From Octopus vulgaris (taxonomy: Eukaryota): a DNA stretch of 64,000 nucleotides. Location: contig OX597831.1 in NCBI GenBank assembly GCA_951406725.2, positions 14,570,001 through 14,634,000 of the forward strand. Direction: 5' to 3'. The translations under genes and the position numbers were made by a program. This document shows, piece by piece, positions 13,576-27,952 of this stretch (position 1 is the stretch's first letter; the number at the start of each line of letters is the position of its first letter). A model generated the notes under the pieces. It saw only the letters and a list, made by a program, of their open reading frames with translations, did no database searches and was not told where the DNA came from.

Positions 13576-13752
13576 TTCTTCTTCTTCTTCTTCTTCTTCT
13601 TCTTCTTCTTCTTCTTCTTCTTCTTCTTCTTCTTCTTCTTCTTCTTCTTCTTCTTCTTCTTCTTCTTCTTCTTCTTCTTTTTCTTCTTCTTCTTCTTCTT
13701 CTTCTTCTTTTTCTTCTTCTTCTTCTTCTTTTTCTTCTTCTTCTTCTTCTTC
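13576..13752. repeat. (TTC)n tract right after the exon 1 donor
   Basis: Read directly; similar tracts at 2439-2602 and 19299-19392. Confidence 0.95.
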
Positions 13753-13779
13753 TAATTATAATAATAATAATTAGTAGTA

Positions 13780-13972
13780 GTATTACCTCCGCCTTAGCAA
13801 AGGCGGAAGTATTGTTTTCAGTTGCGTTTGTTTGTCCTTGGAGAAGATATCTCAAGAACCGCATGCTGGATTCGGATGAAACTTTCAAGGATGGTTGGCC
13901 TCGTGACTGGCACAAACTGATTAGATTTTGGGATTGATCCGGTACCGGACAAGGATTCTGGATTATTTGTTT
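13780..13972 (+). mobile_element. Helentron/DINE-like non-autonomous element end
   Basis: tattacctccgcc ttagcaa aggcggaag hairpin followed by ttgttttc..gtttgtttgtc..gatatctcaagaacc, a typical HINE-like layout. Confidence 0.45.
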
Positions 13973-14284
13973 TATTTACTTTACATGAAGTATTACGATA
14001 TTACGTTCACTTTCAAGTCTTTCTCTGATTATTTCCCTTGAAGGCAAGCTCATGGTTTCCACGTAAGTTATGGCGGCGTTGCTGTTTTCAAAGTTTTATT
14101 TTCGTTTCTCTGTTATTAATTTTATTCGCGTATTTCGTCTGTCTTCATGTTCTGAATTCAAATTCCGCCGAGGTCGACTTTGCCTTTCATCCTTTCAGAG
14201 TCGATAAATTAAGTACCAGTGAAACATTGGGGTCGATGTAATCAACTAATCCCCTCCCTAGAAATCTGAAGCCTATTATTATTA

Positions 14285-14358
<74 letters not shown>

Positions 14359-16900
14359 AAGACGGCGAGCTGGCATAAACTTTAGATTTCCGGGGAAAAA
14401 GGCCTTGTGATATATGTTGCAGTTCTTTACGTTGTGAGTTCGAATGCCGTCTATGTCAACTTTACCGTTCACCTCTCCAGAGTAAATAGAATAAAGTAGC
14501 AACCTAGCACTAGGGACGAAGGTATCGACCAAGCCCCGCCCCTCAAAATCCCCGGCCTTGTGCCAAAAGCAGAAACCACTTAGTTTTCATGGACTTTATT
14601 TTTTGTGAAGGTAAATAGACAAATGCCTAGAGTGTTTGGTTCACGATTATAATGTGGTTTCAATGTCGGCCAGCGCTTTGTGTCCTTGGGCAACACTGTT
14701 CACTTAACATTGCTTCAGACTACTCCCCTGGAAAGGAGTATTGACCAAGTTCTGGTGCAGCTTTCTCCGTCACCCACTTCCTGCAGCTGTCACAACCTGG
14801 ATGCTCCATGGGTCGGAGGGTAGGACAGTTAAAAAGGTGTCTTTTTAACTGTCTACTCGCGGCTGCAAAGGCACCTATGACAATTAGCAAAAGCACGGTG
14901 TATAATATCTGTCCACATTCATTTGGAAGTGAAAGCTTTTTTATATTTGGATAATTTCACCCTTTCTTTTAGAGATACCAGGTTTTAGCATTATTCGTGA
15001 TTTCATTTTGCTTTTGTGTTTTAATTCTATTTTAGATAGAAATGTTTAATGTTATTTGACTGCTATATCAAGCGTATTCAATAATTCCACAAATGACCCC
15101 TCGTTGGCTCATACGATATTGATTGCCCTCTTCGTTAGCTGAAATGTTTCCAGAATATTTGTAAACAACTTGCAGAAACAAGCGTTACCAGTCGAAAGTG
15201 CTGCAGGCTTACGGGAACATCGAGAGAGACTGCACCCCGTTTCGGTGTCTTGCCCTCGATGCCACTGTTGTGCACCGGTTCCACTTGGTTACCATGTTTG
15301 GTAGTCCAATTGGTTACCATCCCCAGTTGGTTACCATGTTTTACTCAATATTTCTCTAGTCATTACTCATCACCTCTTTTCAACGAAATCCAGTGACTTA
15401 CTTCCTTCTCCACTATAGCCTGGATATCGATCCTGATATTATACTAGGCCTAACGACTACAGCCATCACCTCATACCACTTTCATATCTTTATTATTAGT
15501 TCTGATGGAATCACATCCTCATCAATTGTGTCCCAGTTATGATCATCCTGTATTTGTCGAGCGCTGACTTTCTTAGATTACATTATCCAATGTGTTTTTC
15601 CATTTTGAGATAAAGACATGAAGGTATAATTCAATCTGAGCTTGATTTCACTGCTCTAGCTTATCGGTTGAGTCACCACGATAAAGTCACTCATTGGCTT
15701 AAGATTTTCTCAATATCTTTATTGATTGACTTTTCTGTTTTTTTTTTTTATGGGTGAGAAATTTCCTTTTAATAAAATTGATCGATATTATGCATTGAAA
15801 ATCACATCAAAAAATTAAATTGATCTTTGAATGGTATCATTGATTTTTTCCTTCAAGGTTACGATTTCCTTTAAACATATTCCAAGATTTTGGTTATTAA
15901 AAGAAATATGCCAGTTTAAACAATTTGAAATTCTCACGCCCCATATCACAAATTGGAAAAACAGAGAAAATGTCTTGCTAGTTTATTTATTTATTTCTTT
16001 TTAGAGCGAATGAGGAAACCACTATCTAGTCGCTCGATTTGCTAGAAATAGCAGTGAAATATTTCTCTGATTACACACTTTGCCGTTTTTCTTTTCTAGT
16101 CTAGGCACAAGGCCCGAAATTTGGGGGAAAGCGACCAGTTGACTAGATCGACCCCAGTACGCAACTGGTACTTAATTAGTCGACCCCGAAAGGATGAAAG
16201 GCAAAGTCGACCTCGGAGGAATTTGAACTCAGAACGTAAAGACAGATGAAATACTTGTGCCTAGAGCAGAAGAGAATAATCTAGAGCAGTGCTTCTAAAT
16301 CTGTCGCAACCCAGCCCTCCATTCTCTGAATTGCGTTTAGCAAATTGCAGAACAATAAATAAATAAACAAATAAATCTTGGAGCAGGCAAGGCTGTGTGA
16401 TAAGAGGATTCTTTCCAAATCATATACTTTTGGTTTCAGTCCCACTGCGTGGCAGCTTTGGTAATTATCTTCCAATATAGGCCCGGGCCGACTGAAGACT
16501 TGTGAGTGGATTTGTTAAACGGAAACTGTAAGAAACCCGTCTCATATATATATATACATACAAACACGTGCACATATAAATATATATAAGTATGCATATG
16601 TACTAACGTATGTGTGTTGGTTTCTTTACATCGCCATGACTTAGTAATTAGGTGAAAGAGAACGATTGAATGAATGCAGCGATTGGTTTGTTCGACATAA
16701 CTCAGCATGGCTGCAATCCAATGACTGAGGCAAGTAAAAGATAACAGATAAATAAAAGCAGCAGAGTTTTGAAATCAAACAGAAGTTAGTTTTGCGCTGT
16801 TGCTTAATGTCTATATTTTTGTATAGCACTGTTCCGCCGAGCAGAGACTCCTTTTTAATACCATGGATTTGTTCCCCCTATGTTAAATTACTGTAGAAGT

Positions 16901-17255
<355 letters not shown>

Positions 17256-17703
17256 TTATGCGATGTATATACAGAATTGGTTCATAAGTCTGTTGGGAGA
17301 ATGTACATAGAGCGTCGTCTCACCGGCATCACAACGTCTGATGTTGTTATCTCGACAAAGATTTTGGAGATTGTACTTAAAATATATGTTGTGTCTCGCT
17401 TAAATTTTTTACTTCTAAGTAAAATCACGATGTTCTGAAACATGTGTTCTTTAAGCACGTAATCTCCACTAGATGGCGTTATCCTCCGGTTAAAACGACT
17501 TATTTTGGGTATTTCATATGTGAGTGATTATCCTACTTTTTTCTTGTATAGTGGCTTGCTTACCAACCACACGGTTCCGAGTTCATTCCCACTGCGTGGC
17601 ACCTCGGGCAAGTGTCTTGTACTCGGGCTGACCAAAACCTTGTGAGTAGATTTGGCTGACGGAAACTGAAAGGAGCCTTCCGTATATATGTATATATATA
17701 TAC

Positions 17704-17777
<74 letters not shown>

Positions 17778-18241
17778 TTGTTTGTTTGTGTTTGTCCCCC
17801 CAACATCGCTTGACAATCGATGCTGGTGTGTTTACCTCCCCGTAACTTAGCGGTGCGGCAAAAGAACCGATATAATAAGTACTAGGTTTACAAAGAATAA
17901 GTCCTGGGGTCGAGTTGCTCGACTAAAGGCGATGCTCCAGCATGGCCACAGTCAAATAACTATAACAAGTGAAAGAGAGTAAAAGAGGGTAAGTGAGTGG
18001 AATAAATCTTCTAACGTGTTTCTCAGCAAAGTGTAATTTAAAAGATCTTTGGTCGCTATTTTTAGCATGTCGAATGACAGTGAAAATAGAGATATTTCGT
18101 CGGCTACATTCATTTTTGTCTTACCTCACTGATATAGCATTTGCAATAAATGGTTTCATTTTTCTTAATTTTCCTATGTTCGAATTAGTTTCTTTCCAAA
18201 GCTTTCACTTGAATTTTTCCTTTTTCTGTTTTCGAAAACAG

Positions 18242-18736
18242 CCAAAATCATCGCTAAACTATGGATCAAGCACAAACTAGAAGGAATGGAAATAGATTAC
18301 TTGACTGACGCCCTCAAAGCTGCAACAGCTTCTCAATCAACGCAGAATACAGATGAATCGATTCCAAGAGAAATTACTGATCTTCAAAACGCCATTAAAG
18401 TAGAAAAACTTATGGAAGAACTAGGAAACAAGGAAATAGATTCGGACACAGAAGAAGCCTTGGACAAACTGGCATTGGAATATCTCCGAAGATTTGATCG
18501 TCGTTCAAATGATATCAAAAGTTCTGTAAACAAGAGATCTCGGCCGATTATCAGAATGGCGGCAAACGATTTAGAAAACAATAAAGAAAGCGACTACATA
18601 GGCAACCAACAGAACTACCAAAACAATCTAATGGACGAACCGCTTAGGAAAAACATTCAGTTGCCTTTATTGTATGATATACCAGACAACAGACTTCAAA
18701 TGTTACAAGACAACAGAGAAAACATTCCATCCACGG
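18242..18736 (+). CDS. Coding exon 2 of the acidic secretory precursor (AKIIAKLWIKHKLEGMEIDYLTDALKAA...ENIPST)
   Basis: Acceptor tttttctgttttcgaaaacag|CC at 18241/18242. The phase-1 join gives GCC and an open frame into ORF 18286. Donor G|gtaaga at 18736/18737. Contains RR and KR sites. Confidence 0.88.
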
Positions 18737-18931
18737 GTAAGATAAGCCCCACAACTTTTAATTAAGGCAGACAATTTTTTTGTTATTGTTGCTTATTGTT
18801 GGTTTCTTCGTTGGATGAATTTGTTTATGTTGTAGCTGCTATTGTTGTTTAGCCCTAGGTCTGTTAGATAGGGACTGATTTAGGATCAAAGACGTTCCAG
18901 CCTTGATCATTCCGATTTTTATTCACACACG

Positions 18932-18980
<49 letters not shown>

Positions 18981-19829
18981 GTATGTTCATATAAAAACAG
19001 TGTACATTTAAACACATAAGAGGTATCCATCATAGGATTCTTTTCACGCTAGAAGGAACAGCTAAAGTCCAAACCCCCTATTAAGGATACAAACTCGAAG
19101 GGAATGACGGCAAGAGTTAATAGGATCGCATCAATAATTAGATTAATGACCGTCGTTTAAAGCGAATCGCTGTTTTAACTGAATATTCGCTAATTAATAA
19201 AATCCTAAGATTCAATGCATAAGTCCCTAAGTATCTACGCAGCAAAGAGGTCGGCGTAGAAAGATCTCCTGTTCAAATTTGTCGCCAAGTGAATCTCTCT
19301 TCTTCTTCTTCTTCTTCTTCTTCTTCTTCTTCTTCTTCTTCTTCTTCTTCTTCTTCTTCTTCTTCTTCTTCTTCTTCTTCTTCTTCTTCTTCGACAAAAA
19401 CGCTGTTTTCTGTCGCTTCAAAAAATATTCACAGGAACTCTATGTGTCAACTTGAAAGAAGAAACGTGCAAAATGAAAGTGTCTTTTCTGAAATTCGGAA
19501 GAAATATGGAATTCATGATGCCTAATGTATACGTACACAGACGCACGCAAACACACATACACATACACACACACACATGCAGAGTCATACACACATGCAG
19601 AGTCATACACACATGCGTAAAGATGCGCGCGCGAGTGCACTCTGGTATAAAGCTACATGTATAAAATAAAAGAATTCCTAGTTACAACCACTGGTTGCGC
19701 ATGCGTAGAAGCCATATTTATTGCCAACGTTTTATGTCTGACGTCACTATACATTTCACTAGAAGGGAAAATAATGGTTTTGTTATATTTTTTCTGTTTC
19801 TTGTTGTATTATGTTTAAACAAACAAAGG

Positions 19830-19862
19830 ATAATAACAATAATAATAAACATAATAATAAAC

Positions 19863-19905
<43 letters not shown>

Positions 19906-19982
19906 TAATAATAACAATAATGATAATAATAATAATGATAATAATAATAATAATGATAATAATAATAACAATAATGTTAATA

Positions 19983-20026
<44 letters not shown>

Positions 20027-20091
20027 TAATGATAATAATAATAATGATAATAATAATAATAATGATAATAATAATAACAATAATGTTAATA

Positions 20092-20159
<68 letters not shown>

Positions 20160-20179
20160 TAATGATAATAATAATAATG

Positions 20180-20213
<34 letters not shown>

Positions 20214-20239
20214 TAATAATAATAACAATAATGTTAATA

Positions 20240-20295
<56 letters not shown>

Positions 20296-20300
20296 TAATG

Positions 20301-20376
<76 letters not shown>

Positions 20377-20537
20377 TAATGATAATAATAATAATGATAA
20401 TAATAATAATAATGATAATAATAATAATGATAATAATAATAATGATAATAATAATAATAATGATAATAATAATAATGATAATAATAATAATGATAATAAT
20501 AATAATAATGATAATAATAATAACAATAATGTTAATA

Positions 20538-20596
<59 letters not shown>

Positions 20597-20601
20597 TAAT
20601 G

Positions 20602-20674
<73 letters not shown>

Positions 20675-20760
20675 TAATGATAATAATAATAATGATAATA
20701 ATAATAATAATGATAATAATAATAATGATAATAATAATAATGATAATAATAATAATAATA
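19830..20760. repeat. Compound (AAT)n array with higher-order blocks
   Basis: The marker aacaataatgttaataaat recurs four times among aat/gat/aac variants. Confidence 0.95.
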
Positions 20761-21353
20761 TTTTTCGGTTATTCTTCTATTTATTTATTTTGCAATTTAT
20801 TTTGCGTTTTCTTTAAAATTATCGTTATAGAAATTCTTTTTTAATTATTAATCTAGCGATTGAATTTTTGCGATAACATTATCATTTCCTGGTTGCATTT
20901 TCATAAACATAAAACAGACATATTGAGGCTGCTGTTTGTTTTAATAATTAAACCACAAAATTTACTTTATAAAAATATATAAAACAAATAACAAAAACAC
21001 ATAGAAGTATCGGAGGACGAAGTATTTGCTTTTATGAAAAAAAAAAAAAACGAAAAGAAAAAGAAAAGTCAAACTTCAATTTGTTTCCTTCTACAACTTT
21101 GCTACTGTGCTGCAAATATTCAAAATCAATTAGATTAATTTAAGTTTTGCAATAGCATTGGGTTATTGTAACCTTAATATATTATGTTTACTTCGCTTTA
21201 CATATATATTTTCTAGATTATCAACAAGATTGATTATAAGATTTTCAAAGTATCAAAGACGATTAAAATATATGCCCATTGAGAATATATATATATAGCC
21301 ACTACACACATTTTCTTCTCTCCTTGTTTCTCTCCATATTTTTTTCTGAGTCC

Positions 21354-21389
21354 CTTTCTGTACAAGAGCGTAGGCTCGAAACATAAAAG
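21354..21389 (+). repeat. Decayed hammerhead motif
   Basis: cttt CTGTACA a gagc gtag gctc GAAA ca ta aaag. Stems are intact, the core is mutated. Confidence 0.5.
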
Positions 21390-21501
21390 ATTTTTTCTGT
21401 TCCTCAGCGTTATACTAATACATCTGTTTGTTTTATACACCACCTGTCTTCATCTTTTGTTTTTTTCGTAAACTCTCCCTATATGTATGTATGTATCTAT
21501 G

Positions 21502-21533
<32 letters not shown>

Positions 21534-21744
21534 TGTATGTATGTATGTATGTATGTATGTATCTATGTATATGTATGTAGGCGCTCGGGCGGTGGTGTGG
21601 CAAGAAGTTTGCCTCCCAATTACATGGTTCCGGGTTCAGTCTAACTGCGTGGCACCTTCAGCAAGTCTATTCCACTATAGCCTCAGGCCGATGAAAACGT
21701 AATAAGGAAATTTGGTTGGAGGAAACTGAGAGAAACCCGTCGTC

Positions 21745-21818
<74 letters not shown>

Positions 21819-22460
21819 CATTGAGCTTACGATCGTGAGGTTGAGAGTTCGAATCCCGGATCGGGTTACGTGTTATTTTCTTGAGCAAGACACTTTATTT
21901 CATGTTGCTCCAGTTCACGCAGCTGTCGAAATGTGTTGCGATGTCACAGGTGCCAAGCTATATCGGCCCCTTTGTCTTTCCCTTGGATAACATAAGTGGT
22001 GGGGGGAGGCGAGGCTGGCATGCCTGGTCTTCCATAAACAACCTCGCCCGGACTTGTGCCTGGGAGGGTAACAATTCCATGGTCAGTCATGACAGGAGGG
22101 GCTCTCAGCATATATGTATATATATAACATAAAGGATAAAATCATTAAAGTTAATGAATTTTATCAGTGGCCAGCATATATAAACCTTTTAGGTAAAATC
22201 CATTTATAAAGATATATAATTGCATAGGGTAGAATTATATTTAAGGGCACAAAGCTGTTATGCCTGTATGCTGAAGGACGATGCCGAATACGTCCTACCG
22301 CTCCATATATTCACTCTACATATAGTTACACAGGTTGAAAGCGTTCGCCAGGTGTGTTTTGCTGATGAAAGAAAAGTTAGCAAGCTAATCCAGAAATCGA
22401 TCAATCCAACACTAACTGAATTGTTTCATGGATTTTTAGCCAACCTGCTTTCTCTCTGTG

Positions 22461-22512
<52 letters not shown>

Positions 22513-23073
22513 TGTGAAGGCGTGTAGCCTAGTGGTTAGGCTGTTGCATTCTCGATAGTTAGATCGTGGTTTCGATTCCTTGATTGGGCGGCGCGTTCTG
22601 TTCTTGTGCAAAGCACTTCATTTCACATCATCCAGATCCCCTTCGTTCAGGAAATATTGTTGGCCTGCTCGCCTAACAAGCAGGGTGGCGTCGTATGAAG
22701 GCTAAAACATTGCAAAAGCGCATTATGACCAGCGATGTGTAACAACATCTGATAGCCTGGTCGGTCACGTGATCACGTGATATATATATATATATGAGTG
22801 TGTGTTTGCGGCTGTTTGTCCCAACCCCTCAGCCAACCAGTGTTGGTGTGTTTATGACCCCGTAAATTAGCAGTTCAGCAAAGATTTTATAGAATATGTA
22901 CCAGGCTTATAAAGGGCTTGGTACTGAGGTCGACTTTCCCTTTCATCCTTTCGGAGTCGATAAACTAAGTACCACTTACGCACTGGGGTCGATGTAATCG
23001 ACTTAATCCGTGTGTCTGTCCTTGTTTGTCCCCTCTGTGTTTAACCCCTTGTGGGTAGTGCGCGTGCTTCTAT

Positions 23074-23120
<47 letters not shown>

Positions 23121-24767
23121 AATACGTACTTACATACATACATACATACATACACACAAACACATGCACACACACAGGAATATATATATATGTATATATA
23201 TTAGAAGAAATGAGGTACTCATGTGCCTCATTATATATATACGAAAGAGTAAAATAAACATAGAGATAGGTATATAGTTTCATAGAATAGTTACTTTCGA
23301 AGTATTTTATCATAACTAATAACAAGTGATTACTACACACAGCCCCTATAACGTAATCCGTTTATCAGTTTTTTTTTCTTTGGAATCATTAATGTGAAAA
23401 TAACCACACCAAGCACGCTTAATAGGTTGTATAATTAACAAGCAGCTGCTTTATTCTTTAATGTCAGGAAGTATTAGACATTAAGGAAATAATAAACTCT
23501 TCAGTCAGAGAGATACAAAAAACACACACTACAGGTGATTATTGGATTTAGTCGCAATGTATTAGCAAGATATATGTGCTATTATGGAAATCGGAAACAG
23601 AGTGTAGTCTTTCAGCTGTAAAGTTAATAGGCTTAAGATGCTGTAAGAATGACGAACGTGTTTTGATATTACTAATTCAAAGAGGTTTTTGGCGGTAATA
23701 AGAAGTAAAAATGGCGGCTAGAATACAATGAATGCTTGTAATTATTATATGAAGAATCTAAAGCACTACTTAAAGAATTTAAATAATAGAAGACGTATCA
23801 GACCGGAAAGAGAATGCTACAGATGTTGACTTTAAGAAAATATAAGGGGAAATTCTTGACTACAAAGAAACATATGCGCAAGCATACACACACGTGTTTG
23901 AACATTCACCAAATAATACACATAATTGTAACAGACATGGACACATACACACACACACACACACACGCGTATATATATATTTGTGTACAATATCTCGGCT
24001 GCTTGTTTCTAAATGATTGCCATTCTCTGATATAGGATTCGAACAATACGCCGGTTGCTTTTCTGTAAAATATTAAAATGGCGACGTCTCTAGTCTTACA
24101 ATTGAAGCAAATTGTCATCGTAAAACCCATGCAACGTGTAATAAATCATGACTGCTATGTAATTTACACAGAAATAGTCTCACGATGTCTGCCAACATAG
24201 AATTTTGTATAGGCTAATGTAGCATAAAATTGTAAATGATTATGCTTTGATGCAATGTATTGGTAAATAACGTATGTCGTGGTACTGTGTAACAATTTTA
24301 TAACAACAACAACAGCTACCACGATGGCAACACCGTAGGCGAACACACATACACAGAGGAAAACATGAACTGTACCGAGTTTTCGGGTCTTAGGACAGCA
24401 GCAGCACAATGGGGTGAGAGGATGGGGCTGCTGAGGGGAAGGCCACACTGCAGCCAAAAACTATGACACACACACACACACACACACGCGCGCAAGGACT
24501 GAAACGCACGCGCAAACAGATACACACCTTAGAAGAACAAAAGAGAATAAGCGGAGCAAGAACATACACACGTAAACGAAAAGTGTGTGCCTTGAGTAGA
24601 AAAGAATATTAAATATTGTAATGGAGGAGGCCGGTCGGTGCCCCACCCAGCATAATATATGTACATTTATATATATATATATATATATTGTTGTATTTAG
24701 GAATGGTCATATTGCCAGTTTAGCCAATAAAAACACATAAAAAATCTTGCACAACAAATATTTAAAC

Positions 24768-24834
<67 letters not shown>

Positions 24835-24982
24835 GCGAAATAGAAAGATGAATAATCTTGTAGCAGATTAATCAAAAGTTTAACCGATACCTTGGTAGCA
24901 AAAATCACAGCAGAAGACAGCACGGTTGGAGGTACAACCATATGGTGTTGCAACCGTGCGTTGGTGCGGATAATTGAATTTT

Positions 24983-25126
24983 AATATTATTGGTGAATTG
25001 AAGAAATGGAGCTGAACGAAGATTGAACAGAAATCGTTTTATTTCATTCTACATGTGTAGAATGAAATAAAACGATTTCTGTTCAATCTTCGTTCAGCTC
25101 CATTTCTTCAATTCACCAATAATATT
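24983..25126. repeat. Perfect palindrome with ~71-bp arms and a 2-nt spacer
   Basis: aatattattggtgaattg...ttcattctaca TG tgtagaatgaa...caattcaccaataatatt, ending in (TA)n. Confidence 0.9.
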
Positions 25127-25145
25127 ATATATATATATATATATA

Positions 25146-25375
25146 TCATCATCATCATCATCATCATCGTTTAACGTCCGTTTTCCGCGCTAGCACGGGT
25201 TGGACGGTTCGACCGGGGTCTGGGAAGCCAGGGGCTGCTCCAGGCTCCAGTCTGATCTGGCAGAGTTTCTACGGCTGGATGCCCTTCCTAACGCCAACCA
25301 CTCCGCGAGTGTAGTGGGTGCTTTTTACGTGCCACCTGCACAGGTGCCAGTGGGGAGGGGTCCGGCATCGGTCAC
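25146..25375 (-). mobile_element. LINE/SINE 3' tail fragment with (GAT)n tail, probably RTE-related
   Basis: (atc)n gtttaacgtccgttttcc...ggatgcccttcctaacgccaacc, recognised from memory as a common molluscan repeat end. Confidence 0.5.
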
Positions 25376-25442
25376 GATCGGTTGGAGCTAATATATATAT
25401 ATATATATTTGGAAGGTTTGGAGATGATGTACAGGTATTTTG

Positions 25443-25918
25443 TATTAGAAGAAATGAGGTACTCAGAAAATCGGATGGTTTTATATTTACAGATATTTAT
25501 TTGTATATTACATGTTTTTATACACCATATAACTTAGATCATGTATCAGCGCTTTCTCCCATTCTAGTGGGGTTTTCAAATCAAACTAAGTTCCCGTGTG
25601 AAAAGTTTTGACCATTTTATAGTGGTATTGAGTTTGTAGTGATGAGGAGGAATATAAGATAGTACAAGAGGGTGATGGATGAGGAGAAAGTGCTCTTGTA
25701 CTGTCTTATATTCCTCCCCACCACTACAAACTCAATACCACTATAAAATGGTCAAAACCTTTCACACAGGAACTTAGTTTGATTTGAAAACCCCACTAGA
25801 ATGGGAGAAAGCGCTAATACATGATCTAAGTTATATGATGTATAAAAAATGTAATATACAAATAAATATCTGTAAATATAAACCATCCGATTTTCTGAGT
25901 ACCTTATTTCTTCTAATA
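25443..25918. repeat. Inverted repeat with ~226-bp arms and a ~22-bp spacer
   Basis: tattagaagaaatgaggtactcagaaaatcggatgg...gtacaagag / ctcttgtac...ccatccgattttctgagtaccttatttcttctaata. The same terminal motif occurs at about 23199. Confidence 0.9.
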
Positions 25919-25972
25919 TATATATATATATATATTAAACTGTGCATACTGCATATATATGTGTGTCTCTAA

Positions 25973-26036
<64 letters not shown>

Positions 26037-26450
26037 AGATATATGTATTTATATATATATACATACACATATCTATCTATCTGTCTATCTATCTATTTAT
26101 CTAGCTAGCTAGCTTTCTCGCTCTGTCTCTGTCTGTCTGTCTGTTTCTCTCTCTCTCTCTCTCTCTCTCTTATATATATATATATATATATATATATAAG
26201 AGAACTATTCGGCGTTGTAATCTCATAAATGATAGTGACATTTCGGAATGTAATCCTAGATGAACTATGGCGGCGGAAAGAGTTAACACCTCTGAGAATA
26301 AATGTTTTTGATCTGAGCGGACTTTTGACAGAGCCACATTAACAACGACAGCTCATTTCAATAATAATAATTAAGCAATGGTTGATAATTGTTAAATTAA
26401 AATTGCTACTAATAAGACAGAAGCTACTCAATGCGCATAGACGAGGGAGT

Positions 26451-26523
26451 CTGGGGACACTCAAGTGACTTGGGGACACTCAAGTGACTTGGGGACACTC
26501 AAGTGACCTGGGGGACACTCAAA
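26451..26523. repeat. 19-bp minisatellite, about 4 copies (tggggacactcaagtgact)
   Basis: Read directly from the sequence. Confidence 0.9.
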
Positions 26524-26753
26524 CGATATGCTATAATTGTCAATGAACAAGTGAGAAGCTTTACTGCACAAGTATATCTAAGTATATCGAGTAACGATAA
26601 AATAATTTATACAAAATCTGTATCAAGATTTTATGCACACATACACACACACGTGCACACACTTATATATATATAAGTATGGTTATAAGAATTTTTGCGT
26701 AGTAAGATAAAAAACCAAGGCTGTATAGATATTAGAGCATTTATAGATAGAAG

Positions 26754-26805
26754 GTCTTACAGCTGTTTCTAGGATATTAATTAATAATATCCCATCATCA
26801 GAGAC
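26754..26805 (-). ncRNA. Type I hammerhead ribozyme with 10-bp stem II
   Basis: Minus strand reads GUCU CUGAUGA UGGGAUAUUA uuaau UAAUAUCCUA GAAA CAGCUG UA AGAC. GUA cleavage triplet, palindromic stem III. Confidence 0.85.
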
Positions 26806-27198
26806 GGTGTGAGAGGATAATTAAGTCATGGTTAGTTTCGATGTGATACAAAATGGAGAGTGAGGTGGAGGAAAGAAAAAAAGATGTAAGATATGTATGG
26901 GTATTGAAGTTGTAAGTCCATTTTTTAGGCATAATGGTATATATGCAATATTCCAATATCCTATGAGTAAAGTCCTAATGTCGAACAGAGTTTAATATGA
27001 GTCCATCCAAATACAGAGTTTCTAAGCAATGTAAGATTCCCTTATGAGTGAGAGCCAGAAGATTTTTAAATTTGGTCATTCGCAGTAGGAGATTTATATA
27101 CAGTGTTGCAGATTCAAGGTTTGTATTTTTAAAAAATAACTATGTATATATTAATATCTGTTACATATAAAACAGTTAGGCATTAAGCCAAGGATCAC

Positions 27199-27271
<73 letters not shown>

Positions 27272-27350
27272 ACATGGATCTTTACGTAGAAACTCACTCA
27301 CAAATTTTAGAAAGTGGACCTAATGTATAACATGTGTTTTGTGTCTGCAG

Positions 27351-27461
27351 ATCTAACAGACACAATGCAATACCCGATGATGAGTATGGGTGAAAATCCT
27401 ACAATGGACAACATGGTAGACGATGAAATCTCGTTAGCAAGAAATTCTTTACCAAATGAAG
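27351..27461 (+). CDS. Coding exon 3 (111 nt; DLTDTMQYPMMSMGENPTMDNMVDDEISLARNSLPNE)
   Basis: Acceptor tgttttgtgtctgcag|AT and donor G|gtaaat. Phase 1/1, in frame with exons 2 and 4, same acidic composition. Confidence 0.75.
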
Positions 27462-27917
27462 GTAAATACACACCACCACCACCACCACCTCCTTCTCTCC
27501 CTCCTCTTTTTTCTCTTTCTATTTCATCTTCATCATACTCTTGTATATGTCTGCCCACACTATCGCTATGGGCTCCGTGTGGGCAGACATCTAAAATGTT
27601 TTGTGCATCTTGATGCTGACATACGTTCCTTACTTTTCCTGATGAGAAGGCGGCATACCGCACCCCTTATTCCTTAGAAATTAGGAAAATGCAGCCTTCG
27701 AAACATGTCGAAAAAAAAATGAAGGAATTTTGTTAATTCGTCGTTCAACTCCATTCTTTCATTTATTTGTATTCAAAAAAACACACAAATTTCCACACGA
27801 TAGCACGTGATCTCTGCCCTAGGCATATAACTTCAACCGTGTTTTTCTGACGTGAATTTGCTACCCAAGTATCGGTTAACCGAATTATCCATAATAAGAT
27901 AATTCATTCAACTACTC

Positions 27918-27952
<35 letters not shown>

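Noticed and set aside
18601-18621. GNQQNYQ resembling the lophotrochozoan GNQQN/GNxQN neuropeptide
   Set aside because: It is internal, not flanked by basic cleavage sites, and lacks the xP. Probably coincidental.
22357-22410. ctgatga...gaaa tcga tc hammerhead candidate
   Set aside because: The base of stem II and stem I do not pair in register; at best a heavily decayed copy.
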